Assembly (NCBI GenBank): GCA_964447445.1
Contig: CAYUSW010000065.1
Location: 1,106 to 65,105 of the forward strand
Reading direction: 5' to 3'
Length of the DNA stretch: 64,000 bases
Source: an uncultured Thermotogae bacterium
Lineage (GTDB): Bacteria; Bipolaricaulota; Bipolaricaulia; UBA7950; UBA9294
Shown: piece after piece, positions 9,092 through 18,058 of the stretch
How the letters are laid out: every line of letters begins with the position of its first letter
Position numbering within the stretch: the first letter of the stretch is position 1
Program-made: the position numbers and the translations under genes
Notes under the pieces: generated by a model
Told to the model about the DNA's origin: nothing
What the model saw: the letters and a program-made list of their open reading frames with translations, nothing else
Database searches by the model: none

Positions 9092-10140
9092 AGTCGCTCG
9101 TCGTGGCGTCAACGCGTGAGGGTGCGGGAAAGACGAGCCTGCTGGTCGGATTGGCCGGCGTTCTCGATCGGCGTTTCGGGTACATCAAGCCGCTCGGCGA
9201 CAGGTTCCTGTACCGTAAGAAACGACTGTGGGACTACGATGCGGCTCTCTTCGCCCGCGTGCTCGGCCTTGGCCAGGAGCCGGAGACGATGAGTATCGGC
9301 TTTGACCATTCGAAGCTGCGTTTCATGTACGACCGCGACACGATCTTCGACGAGCTGCGGCGCCTGCTTCTCCTTGTGGGGTCGGGCCGGGATGCGGTAT
9401 TCATTGAGTGCGGGAAGGATCTATCCTATGGAGCGTCAGTCTGCCTTGACCCGTTGACGATCTCCCGCGAGACAGGGAGTCCCGTCGTGATTGTCGTCAG
9501 TGGTGCGGAAGACGAGATCGCCGATGACGTGGCGTTTGTCGAGCGGTTCGTCAGCGCGGACGAAGCCACCGTCGCGGGGATCATCGTGAATAAAGTCATC
9601 CACGCGGACGACTTCCGGGAGGTCCACCTTCCGGAGATCGCCAAGCTCGGCGTGGAGGTTCTCGGAGTGATTCCTCACGACAAGGAACTCACGACGATGT
9701 CCGTCTCGCTGGTTGCCGACCGCCTCTTCGCGCGTGTGGTTGCGGGGGAAGAAGGACTCGGAAACCTCGTGCGCAGCGTCGTTGTGGGAGCGATGTCCGT
9801 GGCGACGGCCATGGCCGAGGAGAGAATGCGGGCCTCCGACAAGCTCGTCATCACGAGCGGAGATCGCAGCGACATGATCCTTGCGGCGATTGAGGCGGGC
9901 GGCACGTCGGCGGTCGTGCTCACGAACAACATCCTTCCGCCGGCACAGGTCATGTCGAAGGCATCCGAGAAGAGAATCCCGCTCTTGCTCGTACCGAGCG
10001 ACACGTACACCGTGGCGATGCAGGTCGAACGTATCGAGCCGCTGCTCGGAGCCGGCGAGGCGAAGAAGAGCGAGCGGATCCGCCAACTTGTCACGGAACA
10101 CGTCAACGTGCGTGCCTTGGCGGCGCTGTTGGAGGCCTGA
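9088..10140 (+). CDS. Pta N-terminal-like protein (AAA_26/CobQ-type P-loop + DRTGG domain), no phosphotransacetylase catalytic domain
   Basis: The P-loop STREGAGKTS and the DRTGG-like segment VITSGDRSDMILAAIEAGGTSAVVLTNN match the regulatory N-terminal half of E. coli-type Pta. Its ATGA start overlaps the upstream gene's stop, suggesting translational coupling. Confidence 0.6.
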   Translation: MKSLVVASTREGAGKTSLLVGLAGVLDRRFGYIKPLGDRFLYRKKRLWDYDAALFARVLGLGQEPETMSIGFDHSKLRFMYDRDTIFDELRRLLLLVGSGRDAVFIECGKDLSYGASVCLDPLTISRETGSPVVIVVSGAEDEIADDVAFVERFVSADEATVAGIIVNKVIHADDFREVHLPEIAKLGVEVLGVIPHDKELTTMSVSLVADRLFARVVAGEEGLGNLVRSVVVGAMSVATAMAEERMRASDKLVITSGDRSDMILAAIEAGGTSAVVLTNNILPPAQVMSKASEKRIPLLLVPSDTYTVAMQVERIEPLLGAGEAKKSERIRQLVTEHVNVRALAALLEA

Positions 10141-10217
10141 CACGGGGCTCTTGCGATGGAGAAACAAGAGAGGCGGGTCGGACGAGCCGCCCGCCTCTCG
10201 TCAGCAAGAGCATTGCA

Positions 10218-10400
10218 CTAACTTCGGTTCTCCTCTCGCTCGAGGTACTGGAGAATGGCATCCACCACGAGGTAGTTGATCGACCGATCATGCTTCTCCC
10301 CCAGTTTGATCAGCCGTTCGACCGGCTTCTCCCCCATCTTCTTCTGAGGGATGTAGATCGACAGCTTGTCGTAGATTTCCTTCTTCGGCACGTAACTCAC
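10218..10400 (-). CDS. small ribbon-helix-helix (CopG/Arc-like) DNA-binding protein, compositionally atypical
   Basis: 60 aa with a beta-strand/helix/helix pattern (KLSIYIPQK...VERLIKLGEKHDRSINYLVVDAILQYLERE). Local GC is about 52% against about 66% genome-wide, and the protein is Lys/Glu-rich. It has no adjacent partner gene. Confidence 0.45.
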   Translation of the reverse strand: MSYVPKKEIYDKLSIYIPQKKMGEKPVERLIKLGEKHDRSINYLVVDAILQYLEREENRS

Positions 10401-10598
10401 CCCCTCTGCACGACCCGCAAGACATCGTTCGTTTGGTTAGCCTGTTGCACGAGCCCTGAATACCCCCAGGCTACCGCATTGCGCGGAGCTATCCATGCAG
10501 GCACGTCGGAATAAACATGGAAGAAACATGGAAGCCGGGTTGATCGTGAGTCTGCGATCACGAATGATGCAGGCGCGGGATGGAGGAGGTCATGGCGC

Positions 10599-12131
10599 GT
10601 GGGGGGATCGGGAGTGATGCGACGTCCGGAAAGGATGGGAGCTTTGCTGCTCCTTGGCGGCGAGGTCATGGGTCATGCAGGGTGTGATGCAGTCCTCGTG
10701 GCGGATGGGCGCGTCGCGGAGATTGGACGAGCAGACGACCTGGGCGGACTCGATGTCGCGCGACGGGACGCCGTCGGCGGCGCGATCGTTCCCGGCTTCG
10801 TCGACGGCCACACGCATCTGGTGGAGTCCGGCCTCACGTCCATAGGGTGGCGGCTCGATGTGTCGGGATGCGGACGCCGGGAGGCATTGGAGCGCATCGC
10901 CGCGGCCAGCCGCCTGCGCGTCTCGGGTGAATGGCTTGTCGCGGCAGGGTGGGACGAGAGCTGCTGGACCCCGGCCGTCGTGCTGTCGCGTTCGGACCTC
11001 GATCAGGCGGCAGGACGGGGCCCTGTCGTGGCGATTCGCGTCGACGGCCACCTTGCGATTGCGAACTCGAGGGCGCTGGACGTCTCCCGAAGCGCGCTAC
11101 AGAGCAGGGCGGAGCTCGTCGAAAGGCAGTCCGGGCAGGTCCGCGAGGCAGCGGTAGACGTGCTGCTGTCGTTCAGCCGCCCGGACGCGGCCGTCATCGG
11201 CGAGGCGATGCGCGCGTCGGCTGCGACGTGTCACAGGCTCGGGATCACTACCGCACACGTGATGACCGGATGCGCCGACGCCGGCGTTGTCCTCGATGCC
11301 GCGCGGCATGTCCGCCTGCGCTGCGTAGTGCACCCGCCGGTGGAATCGCTGGAGGCGCTGGCCGGCGCCGGCATTCACACAGGCCAAGGGGACTCGTGGG
11401 GGAGATGGGGCGGCCTGAAATTCTTCGCCGACGGGTCCATCGGAGCCCGGAGCGCTGCCGTGTCGGAGCCTTACGAATCCGGGGGGCGCGGCGCGCTGAA
11501 CGTGTCCACCGCGTGGCTGTCGGAGAGAATCGCCGCCGCGGAACGAGCCGGGTGGCAGACGATGGGGCACGCGATTGGAGACCGTGCGATCGGACAAGTT
11601 TTGGACGCGCATCGACGTGCGCGTTCGTCGCGCAGCTTCCGACACCGCATCGAGCACTTCGAGCTTCCGACGGCCGGCCAGATCGAAGAGACGGCGCGCC
11701 TAGGGCTCGCGGTCTGCATGCAGCCTAACTTCGTCGGCAACTGGTCGGGCCCCGGGAAGCTATACGAGAGGGCGCTCGGCGCGGCGCGCGATGCAGCCAG
11801 CAACCCGTTCCCCGCGGTCCGCGAGGCGGGAATCCCTCTTGGGTTCGGGTCCGACGGGATGCCGCTGTCGCCGCTGTACGGCATCGACAGCGCAGTGCGG
11901 GCCCCGCACGAAACGCAGCGGATGGATCTAGATCGTGCCGTGTACGCCTACACGGAGGGGGCATCGTTCTTGAGCGGCGACGAATCCGGCTGCGCGGGCG
12001 TCGCGCGGGGCCGGAACGCCGACCTCGTGGTTCTTGACCGCCGGCTCGATACGTGTGACATCGGATCCAGCTCGATCGTGTTGACATGTGTCGGCGGGGA
12101 GATCGTCTACGACGCAATGGAGGACCGATGA
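10599..12131 (+). CDS. amidohydrolase family (metal-dependent hydrolase) protein
   Basis: The metal-binding HxH motif (FVDGHTHL) and overall TIM-barrel amidohydrolase_3 pattern are present. The start is uncertain, with alternative ATGs at 10617 and 10638. Confidence 0.75.
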   Translation: MGGSGVMRRPERMGALLLLGGEVMGHAGCDAVLVADGRVAEIGRADDLGGLDVARRDAVGGAIVPGFVDGHTHLVESGLTSIGWRLDVSGCGRREALERIAAASRLRVSGEWLVAAGWDESCWTPAVVLSRSDLDQAAGRGPVVAIRVDGHLAIANSRALDVSRSALQSRAELVERQSGQVREAAVDVLLSFSRPDAAVIGEAMRASAATCHRLGITTAHVMTGCADAGVVLDAARHVRLRCVVHPPVESLEALAGAGIHTGQGDSWGRWGGLKFFADGSIGARSAAVSEPYESGGRGALNVSTAWLSERIAAAERAGWQTMGHAIGDRAIGQVLDAHRRARSSRSFRHRIEHFELPTAGQIEETARLGLAVCMQPNFVGNWSGPGKLYERALGAARDAASNPFPAVREAGIPLGFGSDGMPLSPLYGIDSAVRAPHETQRMDLDRAVYAYTEGASFLSGDESGCAGVARGRNADLVVLDRRLDTCDIGSSSIVLTCVGGEIVYDAMEDR

Positions 12132-13312
12132 GGGTTGGGCTTTTCACCGACGCGTACTTGCCGGAGATCACGGGAGTGACGACCGTCGTGCGGACGCTGC
12201 GCGATGAGCTGATGCGACTGGGGCACGAGGCCTACGTCTACGCGCCGCGTTACAGCGCCCCATGCGACGACGAGCGCCTTGTGTTCCGTTTCCGATCTGG
12301 ACCGGTCTTCTCGTACAAGACCGCAAGGATGGCGTTGCCCTACAGCCGCGACGCTGCGGGGAGCTTCCGTCACCTCGATGTGGTCCACAGCCATACTCCT
12401 TTCTCGCTCGCGTACGTCGCGTTGGCTGCGGCGCACCGCCACAGGCTGCCGCACGTCCAGACGTATCACACGTACCTGAGTCACTACCTGCACTACATTC
12501 CCCGGGTCGTTCGCCCGACGGTGCGAGCGGCGGAGCGATACTCGGCGCTCCTGTGCAATCATTGCTCGGTCGTCACCGCGCCCACCCGCTCGATCCACGA
12601 CGAGCTGCGTCGGTTCGGCGTGCGGCGACCGATTCACGTTCTTCCGTTCGGCCCAGATCTGCGGGACTACGCCGGACCGCCTGTGTGGGAGCCGCGGCGT
12701 GCGCTGTCGATAGACGCCGCGGCCCCGGTATTCCTGTACGCCGGACGCATCGCGCCGGAGAAGAACCTCATCTTCCTCCTAGAGTGTTTCGCGCGGATCC
12801 GCGGCCAGATGGATCAGAGCATCATGGTGTTCGCGGGGGACGGCCCGCAGAGGGCGGAGCTCGAGCAACACGCCGCGCGTCTCGGCATGGAGGGTTCGGT
12901 TCGGTTCGCAGGATTCCTCGACCGGAAGCGACTTGTCGATCTGTATCGGTCGGCCGACGTGTTCCTGTTCGCGTCGAAAACCGAGACGCAGGGCTTGGTC
13001 ATCGTGGAGGCGATGGCGGCGGGCACGCCTGCGGTCGCCGTCCGGGCGATGGGTGTCCGCGATGTCGTGCGCGACGGAGTGAATGGATACCTCGTCTCTG
13101 AGGATGCGGACGCCTTGGCGGAGCGAGCCGTGCGGGTCGTTGCCGATCGTGAGCTCGCCGCGCAGCTTGGCGCAGCAGCGCGGACGACGGCTGAGGAGAC
13201 GTCCCTCCAGAACGGAGTGCTCCGGCTGGTTGAGGTCTATGAGGAGAGTCTGGCGGCTGCTCCGGTCGTTCGCGGGCCGCGCAGAGCATTGCGACGGCGG
13301 ATGCCGCGGTAG
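12128..13312 (+). CDS. glycosyltransferase family 4 protein
   Basis: MRVGLFTDAYLPEITGVTT... N-terminus plus the GT4 C-terminal E-x7-E region (FLFASKTETQGLVIVEAMAAGTPAV). Its ATGA start overlaps the amidohydrolase stop. Confidence 0.8.
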   Translation: MRVGLFTDAYLPEITGVTTVVRTLRDELMRLGHEAYVYAPRYSAPCDDERLVFRFRSGPVFSYKTARMALPYSRDAAGSFRHLDVVHSHTPFSLAYVALAAAHRHRLPHVQTYHTYLSHYLHYIPRVVRPTVRAAERYSALLCNHCSVVTAPTRSIHDELRRFGVRRPIHVLPFGPDLRDYAGPPVWEPRRALSIDAAAPVFLYAGRIAPEKNLIFLLECFARIRGQMDQSIMVFAGDGPQRAELEQHAARLGMEGSVRFAGFLDRKRLVDLYRSADVFLFASKTETQGLVIVEAMAAGTPAVAVRAMGVRDVVRDGVNGYLVSEDADALAERAVRVVADRELAAQLGAAARTTAEETSLQNGVLRLVEVYEESLAAAPVVRGPRRALRRRMPR

Positions 13313-13315
13313 GGC

Positions 13316-15139
13316 CTACTCCACCGTGACCGTCTTCGCCAGGTTCCGCGGCTGGTCGACGTCGGTGCCCAAGGAAACTGCGACGTGGTAGGCGAGCAGT
13401 TGCAGGGGGATCGTGAAGAGGATGGGCAGCGAGATCCCGGCCGAGGCCGGCACAGGCAGGATTTCGTCGGCGAGCCGGACGAGACTCGGATCTTCGGGGG
13501 CATCGGATACTGCGATGACGAGCCCCTTCCGAGCCTTCACTTCTTCCATGTTCGAGAGCAACTTGTCGTACGCCGGGCCTCGAGCCGCCAACATGATGAC
13601 GGGGGTCTCCTCGTCAATCAGGGCGATGGGTCCGTGCTTCATCTCGCCGGCCGGACAGCCCTCCGCGTGGATGTACGAGATCTCCTTGAGTTTGAGGGCG
13701 CCCTCGAGGGCGATGGGGAAGAGCACCCCGCGTGCGAGGAAGAGAACGTCCGAGGCGCGATGCAGACGCTCCGCCAGCACCCGTACCCTGTCTTCGATCC
13801 GCAGGGCCTCGACGATGCGCCCGGGCAGAAGGGCCAGCTCACGCAGCTCGCCGGACCATGGCGCCTCGTGCGTCGCCCGCTTCACTCGCGACAGAGCGAA
13901 GCCCATAAGCCCTAGGGCAGCGATCTGGGCCGTGAACGTCTTGGTCGCGGCGACCCCGATCTCGATCCCGGCACGCGTGTACACGGTGGCGTGGGACTCA
14001 CGCTCAATCGCGGACTGTTCTGCGTTCACAAGCGCAAGGATGTGAGCGCCGCGCGCCCGCGCGCTCCGCACGGCCATGAGCGTGTCGATCGTCTCGCCGG
14101 ACTGGGAGACGGCGATGACCAGAGTGCGCGGCGTCACGGGCGCATTCCGCAGGCGGAACTCAGAAGCAATCATCGCGTGAGCGGGAACGGGGAGCACGTC
14201 CTCCCAAAGGTACTCGGCAACCTTCGCTGCATAGTATGCCGAGCCGCACGCGACGAGGTAGATGTGATCGAAGTCCGCGGGAATCCGTTCCAGGTCGGCC
14301 ATGTCGAGGATTCGGCTGTCCGGGTCCAGCTTCTCCCGTAGCGTCTCACCCACAGAGCGAGGTTGTTCGTGGATCTCCTTGAGCATGAAGTGCTTGTAGC
14401 CACCCTTCTGGATGGCCACAGGGTCCGCAGACACGCGGTGCGGAGGTCGATGCACCTCACGACCGTCGAGCGTCAGAATGCGATAACCGTCCGACGTGAG
14501 CTCGGCGAGCTCATCGTCGAGAAGGAACTGGACCTCGGATGCCTTGCCAAGAAGTGCCGGCACGTCCGAGCTCACGTACGTTGCACCGCCGCCTTGGCCC
14601 ACGACGAGCGGGCTTCCCCGCTTTGCGACGACGATCTTGTCCGGAGTGCGTTGGGCGAGCACGGCGACGGCGAAAGCTCCCTGGGCCTGGGAGACGGCTT
14701 CCCTCACCGCGGCGAGGAGGTCGCCGTCGTAGAGGGACTCGACGAGGTGGGCGAGTACCTCCGTGTCGGTCTCGGAGGAGAAGGTGTGTCCCTCGCGCTG
14801 CAGCCGCTCCCTCAACGGCCCGTGGTTCTCAATGATGCCGTTGTGTATGATGGCGAACTCGCCACGGCAGTCCATGTGGGGATGGGCGTTCCGTTCTGTG
14901 GGCACTCCATGCGTTGCCCAGCGCGTATGCCCGATCCCGATCTTGGCGGAGAATGACTTCGCGGCCAGGTCGCGCTCCAGGTCACGCACCTTGCCGGCGC
15001 GGCGGAACCGGAGGAGTTTTCCTTCCTCAATCAGCGCGATCCCGGCTGAATCGTAGCCACGGTACTCCAAGCGCTTCAGGCTCTGCAGGAGAAACGGCGC
15101 GGCTGCCCCCGAACCCACATAACCGACGATTCCGCACAC
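13316..15139 (-). CDS. glmS: glutamine--fructose-6-phosphate aminotransferase (isomerising)
   Basis: The full GlmS architecture is present: N-terminal glutaminase domain CGIVGYVG followed by two SIS domains. The start is probably GTG at 15139-15137, giving M-C-G-I-V with the Cys1 nucleophile. The ORF track's ATG at 15148 would add MIR. Confidence 0.9.
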   Translation of the reverse strand: MCGIVGYVGSGAAAPFLLQSLKRLEYRGYDSAGIALIEEGKLLRFRRAGKVRDLERDLAAKSFSAKIGIGHTRWATHGVPTERNAHPHMDCRGEFAIIHNGIIENHGPLRERLQREGHTFSSETDTEVLAHLVESLYDGDLLAAVREAVSQAQGAFAVAVLAQRTPDKIVVAKRGSPLVVGQGGGATYVSSDVPALLGKASEVQFLLDDELAELTSDGYRILTLDGREVHRPPHRVSADPVAIQKGGYKHFMLKEIHEQPRSVGETLREKLDPDSRILDMADLERIPADFDHIYLVACGSAYYAAKVAEYLWEDVLPVPAHAMIASEFRLRNAPVTPRTLVIAVSQSGETIDTLMAVRSARARGAHILALVNAEQSAIERESHATVYTRAGIEIGVAATKTFTAQIAALGLMGFALSRVKRATHEAPWSGELRELALLPGRIVEALRIEDRVRVLAERLHRASDVLFLARGVLFPIALEGALKLKEISYIHAEGCPAGEMKHGPIALIDEETPVIMLAARGPAYDKLLSNMEEVKARKGLVIAVSDAPEDPSLVRLADEILPVPASAGISLPILFTIPLQLLAYHVAVSLGTDVDQPRNLAKTVTVE

Positions 15140-15205
15140 CCGGATCACCCCCGCCTCAGGCTTCGAGTGTAGCGGACCCAGGCCGCTCGTCCAGTAGGGC
15201 TTGCT

Positions 15206-15233
15206 TTGTGCGGCCAGGGGTGGACTGTATAAT
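15206..15233 (+). promoter_or_regulatory. sigma70-like promoter (TTGTGC-16 nt-TATAAT) for the downstream DUF151 gene
   Basis: Hexamers read directly from the sequence. An AAGGAG ribosome-binding site sits at 15249-15254 and the ATG at 15262. Confidence 0.4.
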
Positions 15234-15261
15234 CGCCGAGACCAGACGAAGGAGTCTCAAG

Positions 15262-15765
15262 ATGCGGGAAGTCGTGATCAAGGCGCTTCTGGTGGATCCG
15301 TCGAACAACTCGCCGGTCGTGCTCCTGAAGGACCGCAAGTCGCAGAAGGCTCTGCCGATATGGATCGGTGATGCCGAGGCCATCTCGATTGCCTTCGGCC
15401 TCCAGAACGAGGACTTTCCCAGACCCCTGACGCACGCACTGATGAAGAGGATCCTCGATGACCTTCACGCCACGGTCGAGCGCGTGGTGATCAAGGAAGT
15501 CAAGGATGGCACGTACTTCGCATCGATCTATGTCCGTCCCGGGGGGGGCGGCGTGCTCGAGTTCGACGCGCGTCCATCCGATTCCCTTGCGCTGTCCCTG
15601 CGTGTCGGGTGTCCGATCTTCATCGCGGATGCCGTCTTCGACGAGGCGTCCATCGAGTCACCGTTCGCCGAGGAAGACGAGTTCCAGGAGTTCATCGAGG
15701 ATGGGCTCGACCTTCGCGAGTTTCGGCGTCGCCGAGGTACCCCCGAAGACGCCTCCGGAAACTAG
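15262..15765 (+). CDS. bifunctional nuclease family protein (DUF151/BFN)
   Basis: 167 aa, MREVVIKALLVDPSNNSPVVLLKD...IWIGDAEA..., the conserved BFN pattern. The ORF-track start at 14914 would overlap glmS. ATG 15262 is preceded by an AAGGAG ribosome-binding site. Confidence 0.75.
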   Translation: MREVVIKALLVDPSNNSPVVLLKDRKSQKALPIWIGDAEAISIAFGLQNEDFPRPLTHALMKRILDDLHATVERVVIKEVKDGTYFASIYVRPGGGGVLEFDARPSDSLALSLRVGCPIFIADAVFDEASIESPFAEEDEFQEFIEDGLDLREFRRRRGTPEDASGN

Positions 15766-15775
15766 ACCCGACGGG

Positions 15776-16630
15776 TCATCCGCGAATCGTTGTCGCCGCG
15801 CGCGGGAGCGCCAGAACCTCGTCCGCAGTGAGACCCTGGTCCGTGACCCATCGCTCTACCTCCAGGGTGCGAACGCGGCGCTCGACCTCGAAGTAGACGA
15901 TCTTCTGGATCAGGTACGTGGTGCGATCGATCCATAGAGTCTCCGTCAATCGTCCGGACTCCGCCTCGCGCACTTCGATGACGTAGCTTCCGTGAAGCGG
16001 ATCGGAAGCGCCGGTCGATGGAGGCGCAGCAAACCCGGTCAAGTCCGGACCGAACGTTGCCGTCGAGTCCGAGGCCAGTGGAAGCGAATCGTCGAGCGGC
16101 GTGCCGGCCAGCGTCTCGGCGAGCGGAACGCTCTCGGCGAGGGTGCTGGAGGCGAGACTCGCGCTGGCATCCAGAATACGCGCCTGCACAAGGCCCTGCT
16201 GCCAGCGGGCCCGGAGGAGAGACACATCAAGCCCCGCGAGTCCCACAGCGGCCAACGGAACTCCCGTCCAACGCCGTACGATCAGGAGGTCCGCTTCTGG
16301 CACGTAGTGCGACAACAGGTCGCGGTCACTCGTCACGACGTGCCCCGCCATGCTTTGCGGTTCCGTGTATCGCACGGACAAGGCCGGCGTGGGGCTGATG
16401 ACCACCTGGACGACCATGCGCACGGTTTGTGGGATGTCCCCGTACTCCGTGGATGCCAGCGAGATCTCCACGTCTTTCGCGCGGCTGAGGGTGTTCTCCA
16501 CGCGCCAGAGGAGGCCGCCCACTTCAGAGACGGGATGCTCGGAGAGGAGGTAGTGATCCACAGCAGCCGCGGCGACGACGAGAGAAGCGAACAGCCCCAC
16601 CGCCAGAAGTACGAAACCTTGCCCGGTCAT
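15776..16630 (-). CDS. membrane-anchored hypothetical protein (N-terminal TM helix, periplasmic/extracytoplasmic domain)
   Basis: The N-terminal hydrophobic segment FVLLAVGLFASLVVAAAAV is followed by a soluble domain of unknown function. Confidence 0.45.
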   Translation of the reverse strand: MTGQGFVLLAVGLFASLVVAAAAVDHYLLSEHPVSEVGGLLWRVENTLSRAKDVEISLASTEYGDIPQTVRMVVQVVISPTPALSVRYTEPQSMAGHVVTSDRDLLSHYVPEADLLIVRRWTGVPLAAVGLAGLDVSLLRARWQQGLVQARILDASASLASSTLAESVPLAETLAGTPLDDSLPLASDSTATFGPDLTGFAAPPSTGASDPLHGSYVIEVREAESGRLTETLWIDRTTYLIQKIVYFEVERRVRTLEVERWVTDQGLTADEVLALPRAATTIRG

Positions 16631-16646
16631 CGGGAGTCATTATAAT
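16619..16646 (+). promoter_or_regulatory. sigma70-like promoter (TTGCCC-16 nt-TATAAT) upstream of pgk
   Basis: Read directly from the sequence. It overlaps the start of the divergent membrane-protein gene. A GGAAGGAAG ribosome-binding site precedes the pgk ATG at 16703. Confidence 0.4.
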
Positions 16647-16702
16647 GCCGTCCAGAAAAGCGTTCAATCGCGCTCGGCACGGAGATAGAGGAAGGAAGAT
16701 TC

Positions 16703-17893
16703 ATGGGGCACGCGAAGGCGATGAGGCGGGTCCAGGATGCCGCGGTATCGGGGAAGGCGGTGCTTGTTCGCGTCGACTACAACGTTCCGATGGCGGGAAC
16801 GACCATCAAGGACGACGGTCGAATCCGTGCGTCCCTCCCGACGATCGACCTCCTTCTGGCGCGAGGCGCGACCGTGGTTCTTGCGACGCACCTCGGTCGT
16901 CCGGACGGTGTGGCCGTAGCGGAACTGCGGCTTGATCCGATCGCGAGGCGCCTGGCCGAACTCCTTGGACGCCCCGTCCGGAAGCTCGATGACTGCATCG
17001 GGGCGGATGTGGTACGTGAAGTGCGCGGGAGTGCGGCGGGTACGGTCCTGCTCCTGGAAAACGTGCGGTTTCATCGCGAGGAAGAGGAGAACGACTCGGG
17101 GTTCTCCGGCGCGCTGGCGGAGATCGCCGACGTCTACGTGGACGACGCATTTGGAACTGCGCACCGCGCACATGCTACGACCGTCGGTGTCGCTGAGCGC
17201 CTGCCGTCGTACGCCGGACTGCTTCTTCAGAGAGAAGTGGATGTCTTGTCCCGCTTGGTCGCGTCCCCCGACCGACCGTACTGGGCGATCGTCGGAGGGA
17301 AGAAGGCGAGCGACAAGCTGGGAGTCCTTCGCGACCTCGTGTCGCGCGTCGACGGGATCCTGATCGGCGGCGGCGTGGCGTTCACGTTCCTCGCCGCCAC
17401 GGGAGCGGATGTCGGAGACTCGCGGGTCGACGGCGACCTACTGGAGGATATCCGCGGCATTGCGCAGCAGGCAGAGGAGAAGGGAACGAAGATCGTTCTC
17501 CCGGTGGACGCAGTGCTCGCGCCGTCCCTGCGGGAGCCGGAGAAGGCGGCGGTCGGCAGCGCGACGCGAATTCCGCATGGCCTCGCGGGATTCGACATCG
17601 GGCCCCAGACCGTTGTCGCGTTCGCACGCCACATCGCGGCCGCCCGCTCGATTGTCTGGGCCGGTCCCATGGGGGCGTTCGAGACGCCGGCCTTTGCTGC
17701 TGGAACGCGCGGCGTCGCCGAAGCCGTCGCGAGGTCGGGCGCATTTAGCGTGATCGGGGGCGGAGAGACAGGAGAGGCGATCGAAGAGATGGGCCTCTCC
17801 GGAAGAGTCAGCTTCATCTCGACAGGCGGCGGTGCCTGTCTTTCGTTCGTCCGCGGGAAGACACTCCCCGCGCTGGCCGTGCTCGAGGAGTAG
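16703..17893 (+). CDS. pgk: phosphoglycerate kinase
   Basis: KAVLVRVDYNVP, LATHLGRP and the C-terminal GGGA signature are present. 396 aa. Confidence 0.92.
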   Translation: MGHAKAMRRVQDAAVSGKAVLVRVDYNVPMAGTTIKDDGRIRASLPTIDLLLARGATVVLATHLGRPDGVAVAELRLDPIARRLAELLGRPVRKLDDCIGADVVREVRGSAAGTVLLLENVRFHREEEENDSGFSGALAEIADVYVDDAFGTAHRAHATTVGVAERLPSYAGLLLQREVDVLSRLVASPDRPYWAIVGGKKASDKLGVLRDLVSRVDGILIGGGVAFTFLAATGADVGDSRVDGDLLEDIRGIAQQAEEKGTKIVLPVDAVLAPSLREPEKAAVGSATRIPHGLAGFDIGPQTVVAFARHIAAARSIVWAGPMGAFETPAFAAGTRGVAEAVARSGAFSVIGGGETGEAIEEMGLSGRVSFISTGGGACLSFVRGKTLPALAVLEE

Positions 17894-17932
17894 GTTGGTT
17901 CCCGCCCGAGCGGCGGCTATACTGAGCAACCT

Positions 17933-18005
17933 CGCGGGCATAGCTCAGTTGGTAGAGCATCAGCTTCCCAAGCTGAGGGTCGCGGGTTCGAATCCCGCTG
18001 TCCGC
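17933..18005 (+). tRNA. tRNA-Gly (anticodon CCC)
   Basis: Manual cloverleaf: acceptor GCGGGCA/TGTCCGC (one G-U pair), D-arm GCTC/GAGC, anticodon stem TCAGC/GCTGA with loop TTCCCAA, T-arm GCGGG-TTCGAAT-CCCGC, discriminator U. No CCA is encoded. Confidence 0.85.
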
Positions 18006-18058
18006 TCAGGGCTTTCAGCCTTCCGGCTGACAGAAAACGCCACTCGTGGGAGGCAGCG

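Noticed and set aside
10218-10400. Toxin-antitoxin pair around the RHH gene
   Set aside because: There is no adjacent small toxin-like ORF on either side. Neighbours are a complete DRTGG gene and an intergenic spacer. Kept only as an orphan RHH regulator.
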